A stretch of 64,000 nucleotides of DNA from an uncultured delta proteobacterium (GCA_963823335.1 CAWGLD010000001.1:128001-192000), one strand, 5' to 3'. Shown: positions 1 through 10,956, numbered from the stretch's first letter. Made by a program: numbers and translations. The notes: generated from the letters alone by a model not told the origin.

Positions 1-118
1 GCTCAGACTTCACGGGGCAGGAATTTATGGACTGAACAATATGCGAAAACAGATCTGGCTTTTGGTGAGTTGCGCCAATCTCCTGTGGATCAACGCTTTT
101 ATAGGTGGTCCCACTTTT

Positions 119-1519
119 TCAACTTAAAGGGATGGCGTATTTTTTCATTTTTTTGTACAGCAGCGTGCGGTGAATTCCCAACATCCTGGCAGCCCTGCTC
201 TTGTTGTTGCCGCTTTCCTCGAGGGCATAGCGGATGGTTTCCTGCTCCGTCTTGGCCTGCAATACCCTTAGGGAAGACCGGGTTTGGCCGCCAGTTTTTC
301 CTTTGTTTCGGTGCAGATAAAACGGGAGATCCGGGAGGCGGATCGTCCGGCCATCCAGGGCCGACAGCGTCCTTTCGAGCACGTTGGAGAGTTCGCGGAC
401 ATTACCCGGCCACTCGTAATTTCTTAAAACCGCTTCCGCCTGCTTGTCCATCTCGATTTCAGAAAGGTTCGCTTCCGCAGCCATTTGTTTTAGGAGGTGC
501 CGGGCGCTTTGCAGAATATCGGTTTTGCGCTCCCGAAGAGGGGGAATATTGAGGGGTACCACGTTGAGTCTGTAAAAAAGGTCCTTGCGGAAGCGGCCGA
601 CCGAAATCATTTCCTCGAGATTCTGATTGGTAGCGGCAATAATTCTCAAATCGGTCTGAATGATCTTGTTGCCGCCCACGCGCTCGAATTCATGATCCTC
701 GATGGCGCGCAGCAGTTTGGGCTGCATTTCAAGAGGCAGGTCCCCCACCTCGTCTAGAAACAGAGTGCCCTGGTGCGCCAGCTCGAACTTGCCGGGTTTT
801 CCATCCGATCCGGCACCGGTGAAAGCACCTTTTTCATACCCGAAGAGCTCTGACTCCAAAAGGTCTTTTGGAATCGCCGCGCAGTTTATGCGCACAAAAG
901 GATACAGCTTGCGCTTGCTGGCATGATGGATGGCCTGGGCAAACAGTTCCTTTCCGGTACCGCTCTCGCCGCAAATGAGCACCGGGAACTGGTTCGACGC
1001 GGCCCTGATCGCCTCCAGCTTCAAGGCCTTGATCGCCTTGCTGTTCCCGACGATACTGTCCAGGGTGTAGCGGGTGGAACGGAGGTTGAGGAGCTCCGCT
1101 TCGTAATGTTTGACTTTTGATTCCAGAAGCGTGAGTTCGGATGCAAGCTTCGACACATCTTTTACGTCCTTAAACATGACCTGTCCGAACACCGCCACCA
1201 CCCGACCGTCCCGTCGGATAGGTATTCGCTGAACAACCATTTTCTTGCCGATGATCCGGTGCGACTGATTGATCTCGGGTTTGCCCGTGCGGGCCACGAT
1301 GTGCATGCGGCTGTTCTCGACCGCCTCTTTACAGTGTTTGCCGATCTGCGCTTCAGGGTCCACACCCAGAAACTCACCGTAAGGTTTGTTAAAATGGGTG
1401 ATATACCCTTTTTCATCGGTCACCACGGCACCGTTATAGATACTGTCGAAAATGGAACGGTACATCTCCAGATCTTTTTCCAGCGCCTTTATTCTGAGAT
1501 TCTGGCTCTGATGTCCCAT
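119..1519 (-). CDS. Sigma-54-dependent transcriptional activator (PAS + AAA+ + Fis-type HTH)
   Basis: GESGTGKE Walker A, GAFTGA, WPGNVREL, C-terminal AARMLGIHRTLLYKK HTH, N-terminal PAS; GGAGG RBS before the ATG at 1519. Confidence 0.93.
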   Translation of the reverse strand: MGHQSQNLRIKALEKDLEMYRSIFDSIYNGAVVTDEKGYITHFNKPYGEFLGVDPEAQIGKHCKEAVENSRMHIVARTGKPEINQSHRIIGKKMVVQRIPIRRDGRVVAVFGQVMFKDVKDVSKLASELTLLESKVKHYEAELLNLRSTRYTLDSIVGNSKAIKALKLEAIRAASNQFPVLICGESGTGKELFAQAIHHASKRKLYPFVRINCAAIPKDLLESELFGYEKGAFTGAGSDGKPGKFELAHQGTLFLDEVGDLPLEMQPKLLRAIEDHEFERVGGNKIIQTDLRIIAATNQNLEEMISVGRFRKDLFYRLNVVPLNIPPLRERKTDILQSARHLLKQMAAEANLSEIEMDKQAEAVLRNYEWPGNVRELSNVLERTLSALDGRTIRLPDLPFYLHRNKGKTGGQTRSSLRVLQAKTEQETIRYALEESGNNKSRAARMLGIHRTLLYKKMKKYAIPLS

Positions 1520-1608
1520 GACCACCTCCTGATTGCTCGGGTCCTTGGTTAATACCTTTTAAAGCGTGTCCGCAGCCCCTGTCGACCGGGTTGGGGCGTT
1601 ACCCAAAA

Positions 1609-1644
1609 TGTATCAATTCATCGACATGTAGTTCAATTGATACG
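1609..1644. promoter_or_regulatory. Dyad (GTATCAATT...AATTGATAC), candidate enhancer site for the divergent bEBP
   Basis: Inverted repeat ~140-170 bp upstream of the sigma-54 promoter, in the divergent intergenic region. Confidence 0.4.
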
Positions 1645-1781
1645 TTTTTTCATACACCTTCCGAAAACGCATGTCGAGCGAATTTTCGTCAATCAATATT
1701 CGTCTAACAAATTATGAACGTTATTCACCCGTTAGCATCTTTGCCCGCGTTTCTTTTCAATCCGTTGCAGCCAGATAAAAA

Positions 1782-1797
1782 CGGCCCAATATTTGCA
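1782..1797 (+). promoter_or_regulatory. Sigma-54 (-24/-12) promoter
   Basis: CGGCCCAATATTTGCA has GG-N10-GC spacing; lies upstream of the operon and next to a bEBP gene. Confidence 0.75.
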
Positions 1798-1841
1798 ATC
1801 CTTGTCGTAAAGCTTTTCATCCACGCTGCAGGAGGACGCCC

Positions 1842-2702
1842 ATGAAAGAAACCCGAAACCCGGACGATACCAGGGAGCCGGACATCACACACGACGAAAT
1901 ACTGACACTTCGGGATCCACATTTCGACAGCAGCAATGTCTGCATCGTCACGGGGGCAGGTACCGGCATCGGCAGGGCCACCTCCGTCGCGGCTGCGGCA
2001 AACGGGCTGATGACCGTCGGGCTCGATATCAATGAAGAAGAGGGCCACAAGACGCAGAAACTGGCCCGTGATATGGGTGGACAAATGATTTTTCTGCGCT
2101 GCGATCTGACACGGGATACGGATATCGAAAAGGCTGTTTCTGAGGCCGCCAAAATCGGGACCGTCAAATATCTCGCCAACATCGCCGGGATTCAACATAT
2201 CGACCCGATCGACAATTTTCCCATGGAAAAATACGACCAGATGCAGGCGTTGATGCTCCGGGCCCCGTTTTATCTGTCCAAGCTCGTCATCCCCCACATG
2301 AAAAACAGTTCCGACCACAGCGGTGTCATCGGCAACATGGCCTCCGTCCACGCCCATGTCTGCACCAAGAACAAACCGGTCTACAACATTACCAAATTTG
2401 GATTACGGGCATTGAGCCAATCCATTTCGGCAGAAGGAAAGGGCAAGGTCCGCTCCTTCACCCTGAGCACGGGTTTTGTAAAAACCCCGCTGGCTTTGAA
2501 TCAGATCAGCGCCCAGGCCAAGCAGCGCGGGATAACCCCGGAAAAAGTCGTCAGCGAAGTCATGATGGGTGCCTCCCGGATCAAGGAGATGATGACGCCC
2601 ATCGAGGTAGCCAACCTGCTTCTCTTCGGATTTTCAAAGTTCGCCAAGTATCTTGTGGGGGGAGACCTGCTTTTTGACGGCGGGATGGTGCTGACGTATT
2701 AA
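1842..2702 (+). CDS. SDR-family oxidoreductase, 3-hydroxybutyrate dehydrogenase-like
   Basis: TGAGTGIG, NIAGIQH, SVHA, YNITK (YxxxK). Confidence 0.85.
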   Translation: MKETRNPDDTREPDITHDEILTLRDPHFDSSNVCIVTGAGTGIGRATSVAAAANGLMTVGLDINEEEGHKTQKLARDMGGQMIFLRCDLTRDTDIEKAVSEAAKIGTVKYLANIAGIQHIDPIDNFPMEKYDQMQALMLRAPFYLSKLVIPHMKNSSDHSGVIGNMASVHAHVCTKNKPVYNITKFGLRALSQSISAEGKGKVRSFTLSTGFVKTPLALNQISAQAKQRGITPEKVVSEVMMGASRIKEMMTPIEVANLLLFGFSKFAKYLVGGDLLFDGGMVLTY

Positions 2703-2865
2703 CCATCACGTGCACAAGCCCACCAACCTACAGGGAGAGGAGGTGATGAGCGGGCCTCATACGCTTCAATCTGCTTCGACATAGAGATTTAACTCGAAAA
2801 TGGCATGCAACATCCTTTGTGTGAACCAATCTAAACGATTTTTTAACCAAAAGAGGAGAAGACCC

Positions 2866-4104
2866 ATGAAAATTAAGACGATTTGTATTGCATGTGCACT
2901 TGTCCTGACGGCGGGTTTTTTTCTTGCAACCCAAAGCCCGGCTGCAGAACCCTATCATCTGGGAGTCAATCTTGCCATCACTGGAACCGGAGCTCTGTAT
3001 TGCAAGGATGGTATCGACGCCATCAAAATGGCTGTGGACGAGATCAATGCCGATGGCGGTTTCCTTGGAAGCCATCCCATCAAGCTTTTCATTCGGGACA
3101 CCCAGACCAAGCCCGACATCGCCGTGCGCGAGGCAAAGGATTTGATCCTTAGGGATAAGGTGAGAACCATTCTGGGAACCTATTCCAGCGCCTGTGCTGT
3201 CGCAATAAAACCCATCGCGCAGGAATACAAGGTGCTCCATATTCCGGCCATCAGCAACTCCGAAAGCATTACCCTCACAAATTTCAGCCCCTACACCTAT
3301 CAGGTGGTGCCCAACAGTTACATGCAGGCAAAGGCCGTGGTCCTGGGCGTCGCGGAGCTGGCCAAGAAAAAAGGGTGGAAAGAATATGTGACCATCGCAT
3401 CCGATTATGAGTGGGGTCGATCCACGCAGAAAAACACCGTTGAGCTGTTGAAACAAATGGCGCCCGAACTGAAACTGAAAAAAGAGTTTTGGCCGCAGTT
3501 AGGCGAGACGCAGTTTACTTCGTACATTACGGCGATCATGGCACAGAAACCCGATTTCGTTATCGGTTCGGTGGCATCCAAGGACAACGTAGCCTGGATG
3601 AAACAGGCCAAAGCCTATGGATTCTTCGACAAGATTCCTTATCCCGGATCCCTGATCAGTGTATCCGAGTTGATCCTTCAGGCCAAGACCCTGGACCGGG
3701 GATTGATCGGTCTCTGCCGTGCGCCTTTTTTCGCCCACCTGGATATCCCCATGATGGCCAATTTTGTTAAAAACTTCCAGGCTAAATACGATCGATATCC
3801 CAGTGACTGGGCTGTAATGGAATATGATGCGGTCTATGTGCTGAAACAGGGCATCGAAATGTCCGGAAGCATTGACACCGAAAAAGTCAAGGATTCCCTG
3901 AAAGGCGCCACCGTCGACACGACGAGAGGCCAGCTCTTTTTCCGGACCATCGACAATCAGTTGAGCTGTTCATCCTATATCGGCGTGGTAAGCGACGACC
4001 CGGCCTACCCATTTCCTATTTATCATGACCTGGTGGAGGTAAAGGGCCCCGATTCATGGCGCCCGGAAGAGGAAATCTTAGAAGCCAGAATGAAAAAGGA
4101 ATAA
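2866..4104 (+). CDS. ABC transporter substrate-binding protein (LIV/HAAT family)
   Basis: Signal peptide, AVDEINADGG, DYEWG motifs; GAGGAG RBS before the ATG at 2866. Confidence 0.9.
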   Translation: MKIKTICIACALVLTAGFFLATQSPAAEPYHLGVNLAITGTGALYCKDGIDAIKMAVDEINADGGFLGSHPIKLFIRDTQTKPDIAVREAKDLILRDKVRTILGTYSSACAVAIKPIAQEYKVLHIPAISNSESITLTNFSPYTYQVVPNSYMQAKAVVLGVAELAKKKGWKEYVTIASDYEWGRSTQKNTVELLKQMAPELKLKKEFWPQLGETQFTSYITAIMAQKPDFVIGSVASKDNVAWMKQAKAYGFFDKIPYPGSLISVSELILQAKTLDRGLIGLCRAPFFAHLDIPMMANFVKNFQAKYDRYPSDWAVMEYDAVYVLKQGIEMSGSIDTEKVKDSLKGATVDTTRGQLFFRTIDNQLSCSSYIGVVSDDPAYPFPIYHDLVEVKGPDSWRPEEEILEARMKKE

Positions 4105-4117
4105 CCGAGGAACGCAT

Positions 4118-5002
4118 ATGGATGCTTCTTTGATCTTTGCGCAGTTCATGAGTGGACTCTCCCGGGGCATGATGCTGTTTCTCATCTCCTCGGGACTGTC
4201 CCTTATTTTCGGGGTGATGAACATTTTAAATTTTGCCCATGCCACCCTGTGGCTGGTTGGCGCATACTTCTGCTATACCTTTTGGTACCTGTTGCAGGGC
4301 TTTGAGATGGGATTGTGGCTCAGCATTCCCCTGGCGGCCGTGACCCTTGGGGCCCTTGGATGGTTGATCGAGGTGGTCCTGATCCGTCGGGTTTACAAAC
4401 GCGAGCTGCCGGAACAGCTTCTCCTGACCTATGCCATGGTCCTGGTTTTGGGGGATTTGATCAAAATCATCTGGGGCGTGGACGACAAATTGATCGAACG
4501 GCCGTCTCTGGTGGCCGATCCTGTTTTCATCTTCGGCATGCCCTTCGATTCTTACTTTATTTTCGTTATCTGTATCGGATTTACCGTAGCCGCCGGTCTG
4601 TGGTGGTTTTTGCAGAAAACCCGATACGGTCAAATTATCAGGGCCGCTGTGTTCAGCCGGGAAATGGTCAGTGCCCTGGGAATTCCGATCCCCAGAATCT
4701 ATTCCGGCGTTTTTGCCCTTGGCATCTTCATTGCCGGTCTGGCCGGGGCTGTGCAGGCCCCGGTTGGATCGATTACGCTGGGCATGGATATGGCTGTGGT
4801 CATTCAGGCTTTTTGCGTTGTCGTTATTGGCGGATTCGGAAGCCTTTTGGGTACGTTTGTGGCTGCCATCATCGTGGGAGAAGTATACGCGTTTTCAATT
4901 CTTTTCTGGCCACAGGGTGCCCTGGTTCTCATTTTTGTCATCACGGCTTTTATTTTGATCGTTCGGCCGTGGGGGCTGTTTGGAAAACCCACCAGGGCAT
5001 AA
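4118..5002 (+). CDS. LivH-like ABC permease
   Basis: GLSLIFGVMNILNFAH, GGFGS, RPWGLFG. Confidence 0.9.
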   Translation: MDASLIFAQFMSGLSRGMMLFLISSGLSLIFGVMNILNFAHATLWLVGAYFCYTFWYLLQGFEMGLWLSIPLAAVTLGALGWLIEVVLIRRVYKRELPEQLLLTYAMVLVLGDLIKIIWGVDDKLIERPSLVADPVFIFGMPFDSYFIFVICIGFTVAAGLWWFLQKTRYGQIIRAAVFSREMVSALGIPIPRIYSGVFALGIFIAGLAGAVQAPVGSITLGMDMAVVIQAFCVVVIGGFGSLLGTFVAAIIVGEVYAFSILFWPQGALVLIFVITAFILIVRPWGLFGKPTRA

Positions 5003-5035
5003 TGCAAACCGTCAAATAAAAAAGGGTGTGGTCTT

Positions 5036-5998
5036 ATGTATCGATATGGATGGCTTGGGGTGATTTTTGCCGCAACGCTTGTTTTGCCCCAGATCATCGG
5101 GGAGTATTGGATTCATATTGCCGTTGAAATCTTGATCATGGGGCTTTTTGCCGTCAGTTTTAACATGATTTTCGGCTACATGGGCCAACTCAGCTTCGGG
5201 CATGCAGCCTATTTCGGTGTGGGTGCCTATGCCACCGGTCTGCTGCTGGTCAAGACATCTGTTCCGCTACCTTTCTGCCTGCTCATTTCCATGGTGACGG
5301 CCGGGGTGTTTGCACTGATCATCGGCTATTTTTGCGTCCGTTTGACCGGAATTTATTTTGCCATACTCACCATGGCCTTCGGGCAGCTTATTTATTATAT
5401 CATCTTTCAGTGGTATTCTTTTACGGGCGGAGATGATGGTCTGCAGGGAATCGTTCCGCCGGATTGGCTCATAAATGTCAAAGTATATTATTACTTTACC
5501 CTGCTTATCGTTATCGTGGCTCTGGCCATCATGTGGCGGATCAGTGAATCACCGTTCGGCTACACCATGCGTTCCATTCGGGAAAATGCCGAAAGAACCC
5601 GTTTTATCGGCATCCATGTCCGCAAGTATATGCTCATCAACTTTGTCATTGCAGGCATGTTCGCCGGTCTGGCCGGCGGTCTTTTGGGACCATTCAACCG
5701 GAGCATCGCACCGGATCTCTGCAACTGGCATCAATCCGGCATACCTGTATTCATGACTGTTATCGGCGGTCCTTTGGGCTTTTTCGGCCCCGTCATCGGG
5801 TCCGTCATTTATACGTTTCTGTTTGCATTCGTCACGGGGTTTACCGAATACTGGCCTTTGACCATCGGATTGGTCATCATTGCCGTGGTTCTGTTTGTTC
5901 CGGGCGGGGTCCTCGGGCTGGTGCAGACAAAATTCAAAGCGTTTGGAGCCGCAAAAATAGTCCAATCGGAAAGGGGCTCCACTGAAACGGAGATATAA
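5036..5998 (+). CDS. LivM-like ABC permease
   Basis: GQLSFGHAAYFGVGAY, RLTGIYFAILT, TGGDDG. Confidence 0.9.
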   Translation: MYRYGWLGVIFAATLVLPQIIGEYWIHIAVEILIMGLFAVSFNMIFGYMGQLSFGHAAYFGVGAYATGLLLVKTSVPLPFCLLISMVTAGVFALIIGYFCVRLTGIYFAILTMAFGQLIYYIIFQWYSFTGGDDGLQGIVPPDWLINVKVYYYFTLLIVIVALAIMWRISESPFGYTMRSIRENAERTRFIGIHVRKYMLINFVIAGMFAGLAGGLLGPFNRSIAPDLCNWHQSGIPVFMTVIGGPLGFFGPVIGSVIYTFLFAFVTGFTEYWPLTIGLVIIAVVLFVPGGVLGLVQTKFKAFGAAKIVQSERGSTETEI

Positions 5999-6002
5999 CG
6001 GC

Positions 6003-6746
6003 ATGGTAATTCTAAAAGTTGAACACCTTTTCAAGGCTTTCGGTGGGCTGCAAGCCACGTCCGATGTCAATTTCGAGATGGAGAGTGGTGATATTTCAGC
6101 CATTATCGGCCCCAACGGCGCCGGGAAAAGCACATTGTTCAACCTTCTGACCGGTTATCACCGGGTCGACTCCGGCAGCGTCTTTTTTCACCAAAAAGAT
6201 ATTACCAACTGGCCGCCGTATAAAATTGCACGTTTGGGTATTGCAAGGGCGTTTCAAATCAGCAACATCTATCTTGCCCTGACCCCTTATGAAAATATCC
6301 GTCAGGCGATCCTGGCTCAGCAGCGAAAAACGCTCAATTTATTCAAACCGGCCGGACAGATGGCCAAGGAAGAGACACGCAACCTGCTCGAGGTGGCAGG
6401 GCTTTCAACACATGCGAACACCGTCGCCGGGAACCTCTCCCAGGGCGACAAAAAACGGTTGGAATTGGCCATTGCCCTGGGATGCAAGCCCGAATTGCTG
6501 TTTCTGGACGAACCCACGGCCGGCATGTCCAAAGATGAAACGCACGAAACCATGAGTCTCGTCCAACGGCTGAATCGGGAAATGGGTCTGACCATTCTTT
6601 TTACAGAGCACGATATGTCGGTAGTGTTCGGATACGCAAAACACCTGACCGTTCTGCATCAAGGCGCCATTATCGCCCAAGGGAGTCCGGAATCCGTGCG
6701 ATCCAATGAAGCGGCACAGAAAATTTATCTCGGGGAGGAAGCATGA
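6003..6746 (+). CDS. LivG-like ABC ATPase
   Basis: GPNGAGKST, LDEPTAGM, EHDM. Confidence 0.92.
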   Translation: MVILKVEHLFKAFGGLQATSDVNFEMESGDISAIIGPNGAGKSTLFNLLTGYHRVDSGSVFFHQKDITNWPPYKIARLGIARAFQISNIYLALTPYENIRQAILAQQRKTLNLFKPAGQMAKEETRNLLEVAGLSTHANTVAGNLSQGDKKRLELAIALGCKPELLFLDEPTAGMSKDETHETMSLVQRLNREMGLTILFTEHDMSVVFGYAKHLTVLHQGAIIAQGSPESVRSNEAAQKIYLGEEA

Positions 6747-7450
6747 TACTGGATGTCAAACAGATCAACACGTTTTACGAGACCAGTCACATCCTTTTTG
6801 ATGTCTCCCTAACAGTGGGCCATGGCGAAATAGTTTGTCTCCTGGGCCGGAACGGGGCGGGCAAGACCACGACCATGCGCAGTATCATGGGGTTAACCCC
6901 GCCAAAATCCGGAAATATCCTTTTCCATGGGGTTGAGCTTTCGGGCCGGCCGCCGCATTATATCGCTCAAAAAGGCATGGGGTATGTACCGGACAACCGG
7001 TTAATCTTTCCTGACCTCACCGTGCTCGAGAACCTTCAAATCGGACAGAAACTTCCCAAGAGCCCACAGACCGAACCGTGGACGGTAGAAAGGATATACG
7101 AACTCTTCCCCATTCTGGCCGAAAGACACAGTCAACATGGCGGCACCTTGAGCGGTGGTGAACAGCAGATGCTCACGGTGGCCAGAACCCTCATGGGCAA
7201 TCCCGAACTTCTGCTCCTGGATGAACCCGTCGAGGGATTGGCACCCCTTGTGGTAAAAGATCTGGGAGCACAGATCCTGAAACTCAAGGAAATGGGGCAG
7301 ACCATTCTCTTTTCCGAACAGAACATCCATTTTGCCACCATGACATCCGACCGCGCCTATGTGATCGACAACGGCAGGATTCGATATCAGGGAACCATCG
7401 AGGAACTGAGCGCCAACCAGGAAGTCAAAGAAAAATATCTGATGATATAG
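6743..7450 (+). CDS. LivF-like ABC ATPase
   Basis: GRNGAGKTT, LSGGEQQM, LLDEP; ATGA overlap with the upstream gene. Confidence 0.92.
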   Translation: MILDVKQINTFYETSHILFDVSLTVGHGEIVCLLGRNGAGKTTTMRSIMGLTPPKSGNILFHGVELSGRPPHYIAQKGMGYVPDNRLIFPDLTVLENLQIGQKLPKSPQTEPWTVERIYELFPILAERHSQHGGTLSGGEQQMLTVARTLMGNPELLLLDEPVEGLAPLVVKDLGAQILKLKEMGQTILFSEQNIHFATMTSDRAYVIDNGRIRYQGTIEELSANQEVKEKYLMI

Positions 7451-7520
7451 CAGTAAGCCGTCCCTGGCGGCCCTCGCAAAACCGGAACCTCAATTTCTGA
7501 AAACAGAAAACGGAGCGTTC

Positions 7521-9077
7521 ATGAAGACATTCGACAACCCGGACGTCATCATCACCGATGTCATGGACAGCCACGGGAAATGGCGTGCCAAAAAGCCGGC
7601 CTTGATCTGTGGGGACCGCCGTGTCAACTGGGCGGCATTCAACCAGCGAATCAACCGCGTCGCCAACGCTTTAAAAAAACGCGGTTTAAAAAAGGGCGAC
7701 AAGGCCAGCCTGCTCACGACCAACTGCATCGAAGCCCTTGAAGTCATCTTCGGTGTCATAAAAGCCGGCGGCGTTATCGTTCCCCTGTCTGCCATGGTTC
7801 AGGGAGAAGCGCTGGCCAGAATGGTCATCGACTCGGATTCCCGGTTTTTGTTCGCGGGGCCGGGTCAAATCGGAATCATCGCGCCACACTGCTCCTTGTT
7901 CACCCGTATGGCCGGGAACGGATTCATTGTTCTGGGGGATGCCGTCGATGGATGGGAAACGTACGAATCGCTCGTTGACGACGGCTCGGACCAGAAACCC
8001 GGTGTTCGTCTAATCTACGAAGACCCCTTCAATATTATGTACACTTCCGGCACCACCGGTGTGCCCAAAGGTATTTTGCACACGCATCACAACCGTACCC
8101 AGTTTGCCAGCATGTTCGCCATCGACTATCGGATCGATTCGAGCGCCGTAAATATCGTAACCACGGCACTCTACGCCAACGGCACATGGCTGACCATGCT
8201 TCCGACCCTCTTTGCCGGGGGCACCCTGGTGATCATGCAAAACTTTGACGCCCTAGAATTTCTGGAACTTGTTCAAAAAGAGAAGTGTACCCACACGTTT
8301 ATGGTTCCCACCCAGTTCACGATGCTGCTGGAACATCCCGGGTTCGACAACTACGACATCAGCTCCATGCGAATATGGAACTCCGCGGGGTCACCGCTTC
8401 GCGCCGCCACCAAAGCGCAAGTGATTAAGCGCTTCAGCGGCGAGCTCGTGGAACTCTGGGGCCTGACCGAGGGCGTCGCGACCACGCTCAAACCCGAGGA
8501 CATGCAGGAGAAAATGACCTCGGTGGGCATACCACTGGTCGGCTGGGATGTCCGGATTATCGATGCGTCCGGGAACGAGTGCCCCCGGGAGCAAGCCGGT
8601 GAAATCGTGGCATTCAGTTCGTTTCTGATGCCCGAGTACTACAAGCTTCCCGACAAAACAGCCGAAGCGATCTGGCTGGACGAATCCGGCAAAACGTACC
8701 TGAAAACCGGCGATATGGGCAAATTGGATCAGGACGGGTTTCTTTACATTCTGGATCGAAAGAAAGACATGATCATTTCAGGTGGGATCAATATCTTTGC
8801 CAGCGACATCGAAGACGTTCTGACCCGTCATCCGGATGTTCAGGACGCCATCGTCATCGGCATCCCGCATGAAAAATGGGGGGAAACACCCCTGGCTTTC
8901 GTGGTCCCCCGGCCGGAAGCGTCGCTTGCAGAAGCGGATCTGTTGACATGGCTCAATCCGAAACTGGCCAAGTTTCAACGTGTATCCCAAATCGTATTCC
9001 GGGAGGACTTCCCCAGAAATGCGCTGGGCAAAGTCCTCAAACGGGAGTTGCGGGAACCTTACTGGAAATCATCGTAA
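7521..9077 (+). CDS. AMP-dependent acyl-CoA synthetase (long-chain fatty acid-CoA ligase-like)
   Basis: YTSGTTGVPKG, WGLTE, TGD, DRKKDMIISGG, PRNALGKV. Confidence 0.9.
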   Translation: MKTFDNPDVIITDVMDSHGKWRAKKPALICGDRRVNWAAFNQRINRVANALKKRGLKKGDKASLLTTNCIEALEVIFGVIKAGGVIVPLSAMVQGEALARMVIDSDSRFLFAGPGQIGIIAPHCSLFTRMAGNGFIVLGDAVDGWETYESLVDDGSDQKPGVRLIYEDPFNIMYTSGTTGVPKGILHTHHNRTQFASMFAIDYRIDSSAVNIVTTALYANGTWLTMLPTLFAGGTLVIMQNFDALEFLELVQKEKCTHTFMVPTQFTMLLEHPGFDNYDISSMRIWNSAGSPLRAATKAQVIKRFSGELVELWGLTEGVATTLKPEDMQEKMTSVGIPLVGWDVRIIDASGNECPREQAGEIVAFSSFLMPEYYKLPDKTAEAIWLDESGKTYLKTGDMGKLDQDGFLYILDRKKDMIISGGINIFASDIEDVLTRHPDVQDAIVIGIPHEKWGETPLAFVVPRPEASLAEADLLTWLNPKLAKFQRVSQIVFREDFPRNALGKVLKRELREPYWKSS

Positions 9078-9091
9078 AGGGGAAAAATACC

Positions 9092-10756
9092 ATGCTGCCG
9101 CCCGGACAAACATACCAGCAGGTTTACGATACATTTCAATGGGACATCCCCGAAACCTACAACATCGGTGTCGACATCTGCGACAAGTGGGCGAAAAAGG
9201 GGCGACGTCTGGCGCTGATATATGAAAACGAGGACGGAAAGGTCGAACGCTATACCTTTCAGGACTTGAAAGGCCTCTCCAATCGATTGGCCAACGGGTT
9301 CCAGGCCAACGGCATCAGCCGGGGAGACCGGGTCGGAATATTGCTGCCCCAATGCCCCGAGACGGCTATTTCGCACATTGCAGTCTACAAGATCGGTGCC
9401 GTCGCCGTTCCGCTTTTCACACTTTTCGGGACGGATGCCCTGGCGTATAGACTGTCGAACAGCCAAGCCCGGGGCTTGGTCACGGATGCAGCCAACCTCC
9501 CAAAAATAATGGAAATCTGGAATGACCTGCCGCACCTTGAAACCGTCCTGGTGACAGACGGGAAAAAACCCGATCGTGTCTTCGATTTTCAGGAAACCAT
9601 CGCCAAGGGGGTTCCGGAATTTACACCGCTAATTACCCGGTCCGACGATCCTGCGCTGATCATCTACACATCCGGCACCACAGGCCCCCCCAAAGGGGCC
9701 CTGCACGCCCACCGCACGCTTCTGGGACATTTACCGGGGGTCGAATTCCCACACGACTTTTTCCCCAAAAAGGACGATCTGTTCTGGACACCGGCAGACT
9801 GGGCCTGGATCGGCGGTCTCATCGACGTACTGCTGCCCAGCTGGCACCACGGCGTCCCGGTTCTGGCACACCGGGCCAAGAAGTTCGACCCCGAAGACGC
9901 CTTTCGGCTCATGGCCCGCTACCGGGTCCGCAATGCCTTTATGCCCCCTACCGCGCTCAAGCTCATGCGCCAGGTCAAGAATCCCAAAAACCGTCACGAC
10001 TACCGGATGCGCAGTATCGGGAGCGGGGGCGAGACCCTGGGCCGGGAGCTCCTGGACTGGGGCAGGAACGTCATGGATGTCACCATCAACGAGTTTTACG
10101 GTCAGACCGAATGCAACCTCATCGTGGGCTGTTGCGCCGAGATCATGGAAATCCGGCCCGGGTCCATGGGCAGGGCCATACCCGGTCACCGGGTCGAGGT
10201 GGTCGACGAGCAGGGCTACCCGGTCCAAACCGGAACGGTGGGAGAGATTGCGGTACGGCGACCCGACCCGGTCATGTTTTTGGAATACTGGCGCAACCCG
10301 GATGCCACACGTGACAAATATACCGGGGAGTGGCTGCTCACCGGCGATCTGGCCAAAAAGGACACGGAGGGCTATTTCTGGTTTAACGGCCGCAAAGACG
10401 ACATCATCACCAGCGGCGGGTACCGTATGGGTCCGGCCGAGATCGAAGATTGCCTGATGAAACACCCGGCGGTCTCCATGGTAGCCGTCGTGGGAAGCCC
10501 GGACGACATCCGAACCGAAATCGTAAAGGCTTTTATCGTGCCCGCCCCCGATGTCAGCACAGGACCGGAAACCGAAGCGGCTATCAAGAAGTTTGTGCGG
10601 ATCCATCTGGCCGCCCACGAATACCCGCGGGAAATCGAATTCGTCAAAGAACTCCCCATGACCGCCACAGGCAAGATCATGCGTAAAGATCTCAAGAAAC
10701 GCGAAATCGTGCGAAAATCAAAGACCTCGCGCACCCAGGCACACCCTGAAACCTGA
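9092..10756 (+). CDS. Acyl-CoA synthetase (acetyl-/medium-chain CoA ligase-like)
   Basis: YTSGTTGPPKG, FYGQTE, GRKDDII, PMTATGKI; start placed at the ATG at 9092. Confidence 0.9.
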   Translation: MLPPGQTYQQVYDTFQWDIPETYNIGVDICDKWAKKGRRLALIYENEDGKVERYTFQDLKGLSNRLANGFQANGISRGDRVGILLPQCPETAISHIAVYKIGAVAVPLFTLFGTDALAYRLSNSQARGLVTDAANLPKIMEIWNDLPHLETVLVTDGKKPDRVFDFQETIAKGVPEFTPLITRSDDPALIIYTSGTTGPPKGALHAHRTLLGHLPGVEFPHDFFPKKDDLFWTPADWAWIGGLIDVLLPSWHHGVPVLAHRAKKFDPEDAFRLMARYRVRNAFMPPTALKLMRQVKNPKNRHDYRMRSIGSGGETLGRELLDWGRNVMDVTINEFYGQTECNLIVGCCAEIMEIRPGSMGRAIPGHRVEVVDEQGYPVQTGTVGEIAVRRPDPVMFLEYWRNPDATRDKYTGEWLLTGDLAKKDTEGYFWFNGRKDDIITSGGYRMGPAEIEDCLMKHPAVSMVAVVGSPDDIRTEIVKAFIVPAPDVSTGPETEAAIKKFVRIHLAAHEYPREIEFVKELPMTATGKIMRKDLKKREIVRKSKTSRTQAHPET

Positions 10757-10956
10757 AGGGTTCAGACGCACCCCCCACCACAGACATTGTAACGTCAAGC
10801 CGTAAGATGGTAAGTGGGGACGTTCGTGCTGAACGTGCATGGCTCCGGTTCTTCGGATAAGGTATTTTTGCAAATAGGTGCATGTCCGATAGTTCTTTGC
10901 GGCTTTGGTTTCCGGTTGTAAAAAGAAAAAATAACCACTAAGGCGCGAAGGACATT

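Noticed and set aside
2800-2820. TGGCATG as an internal sigma-54 promoter
   Set aside because: No GC at the -12 position with the required spacing
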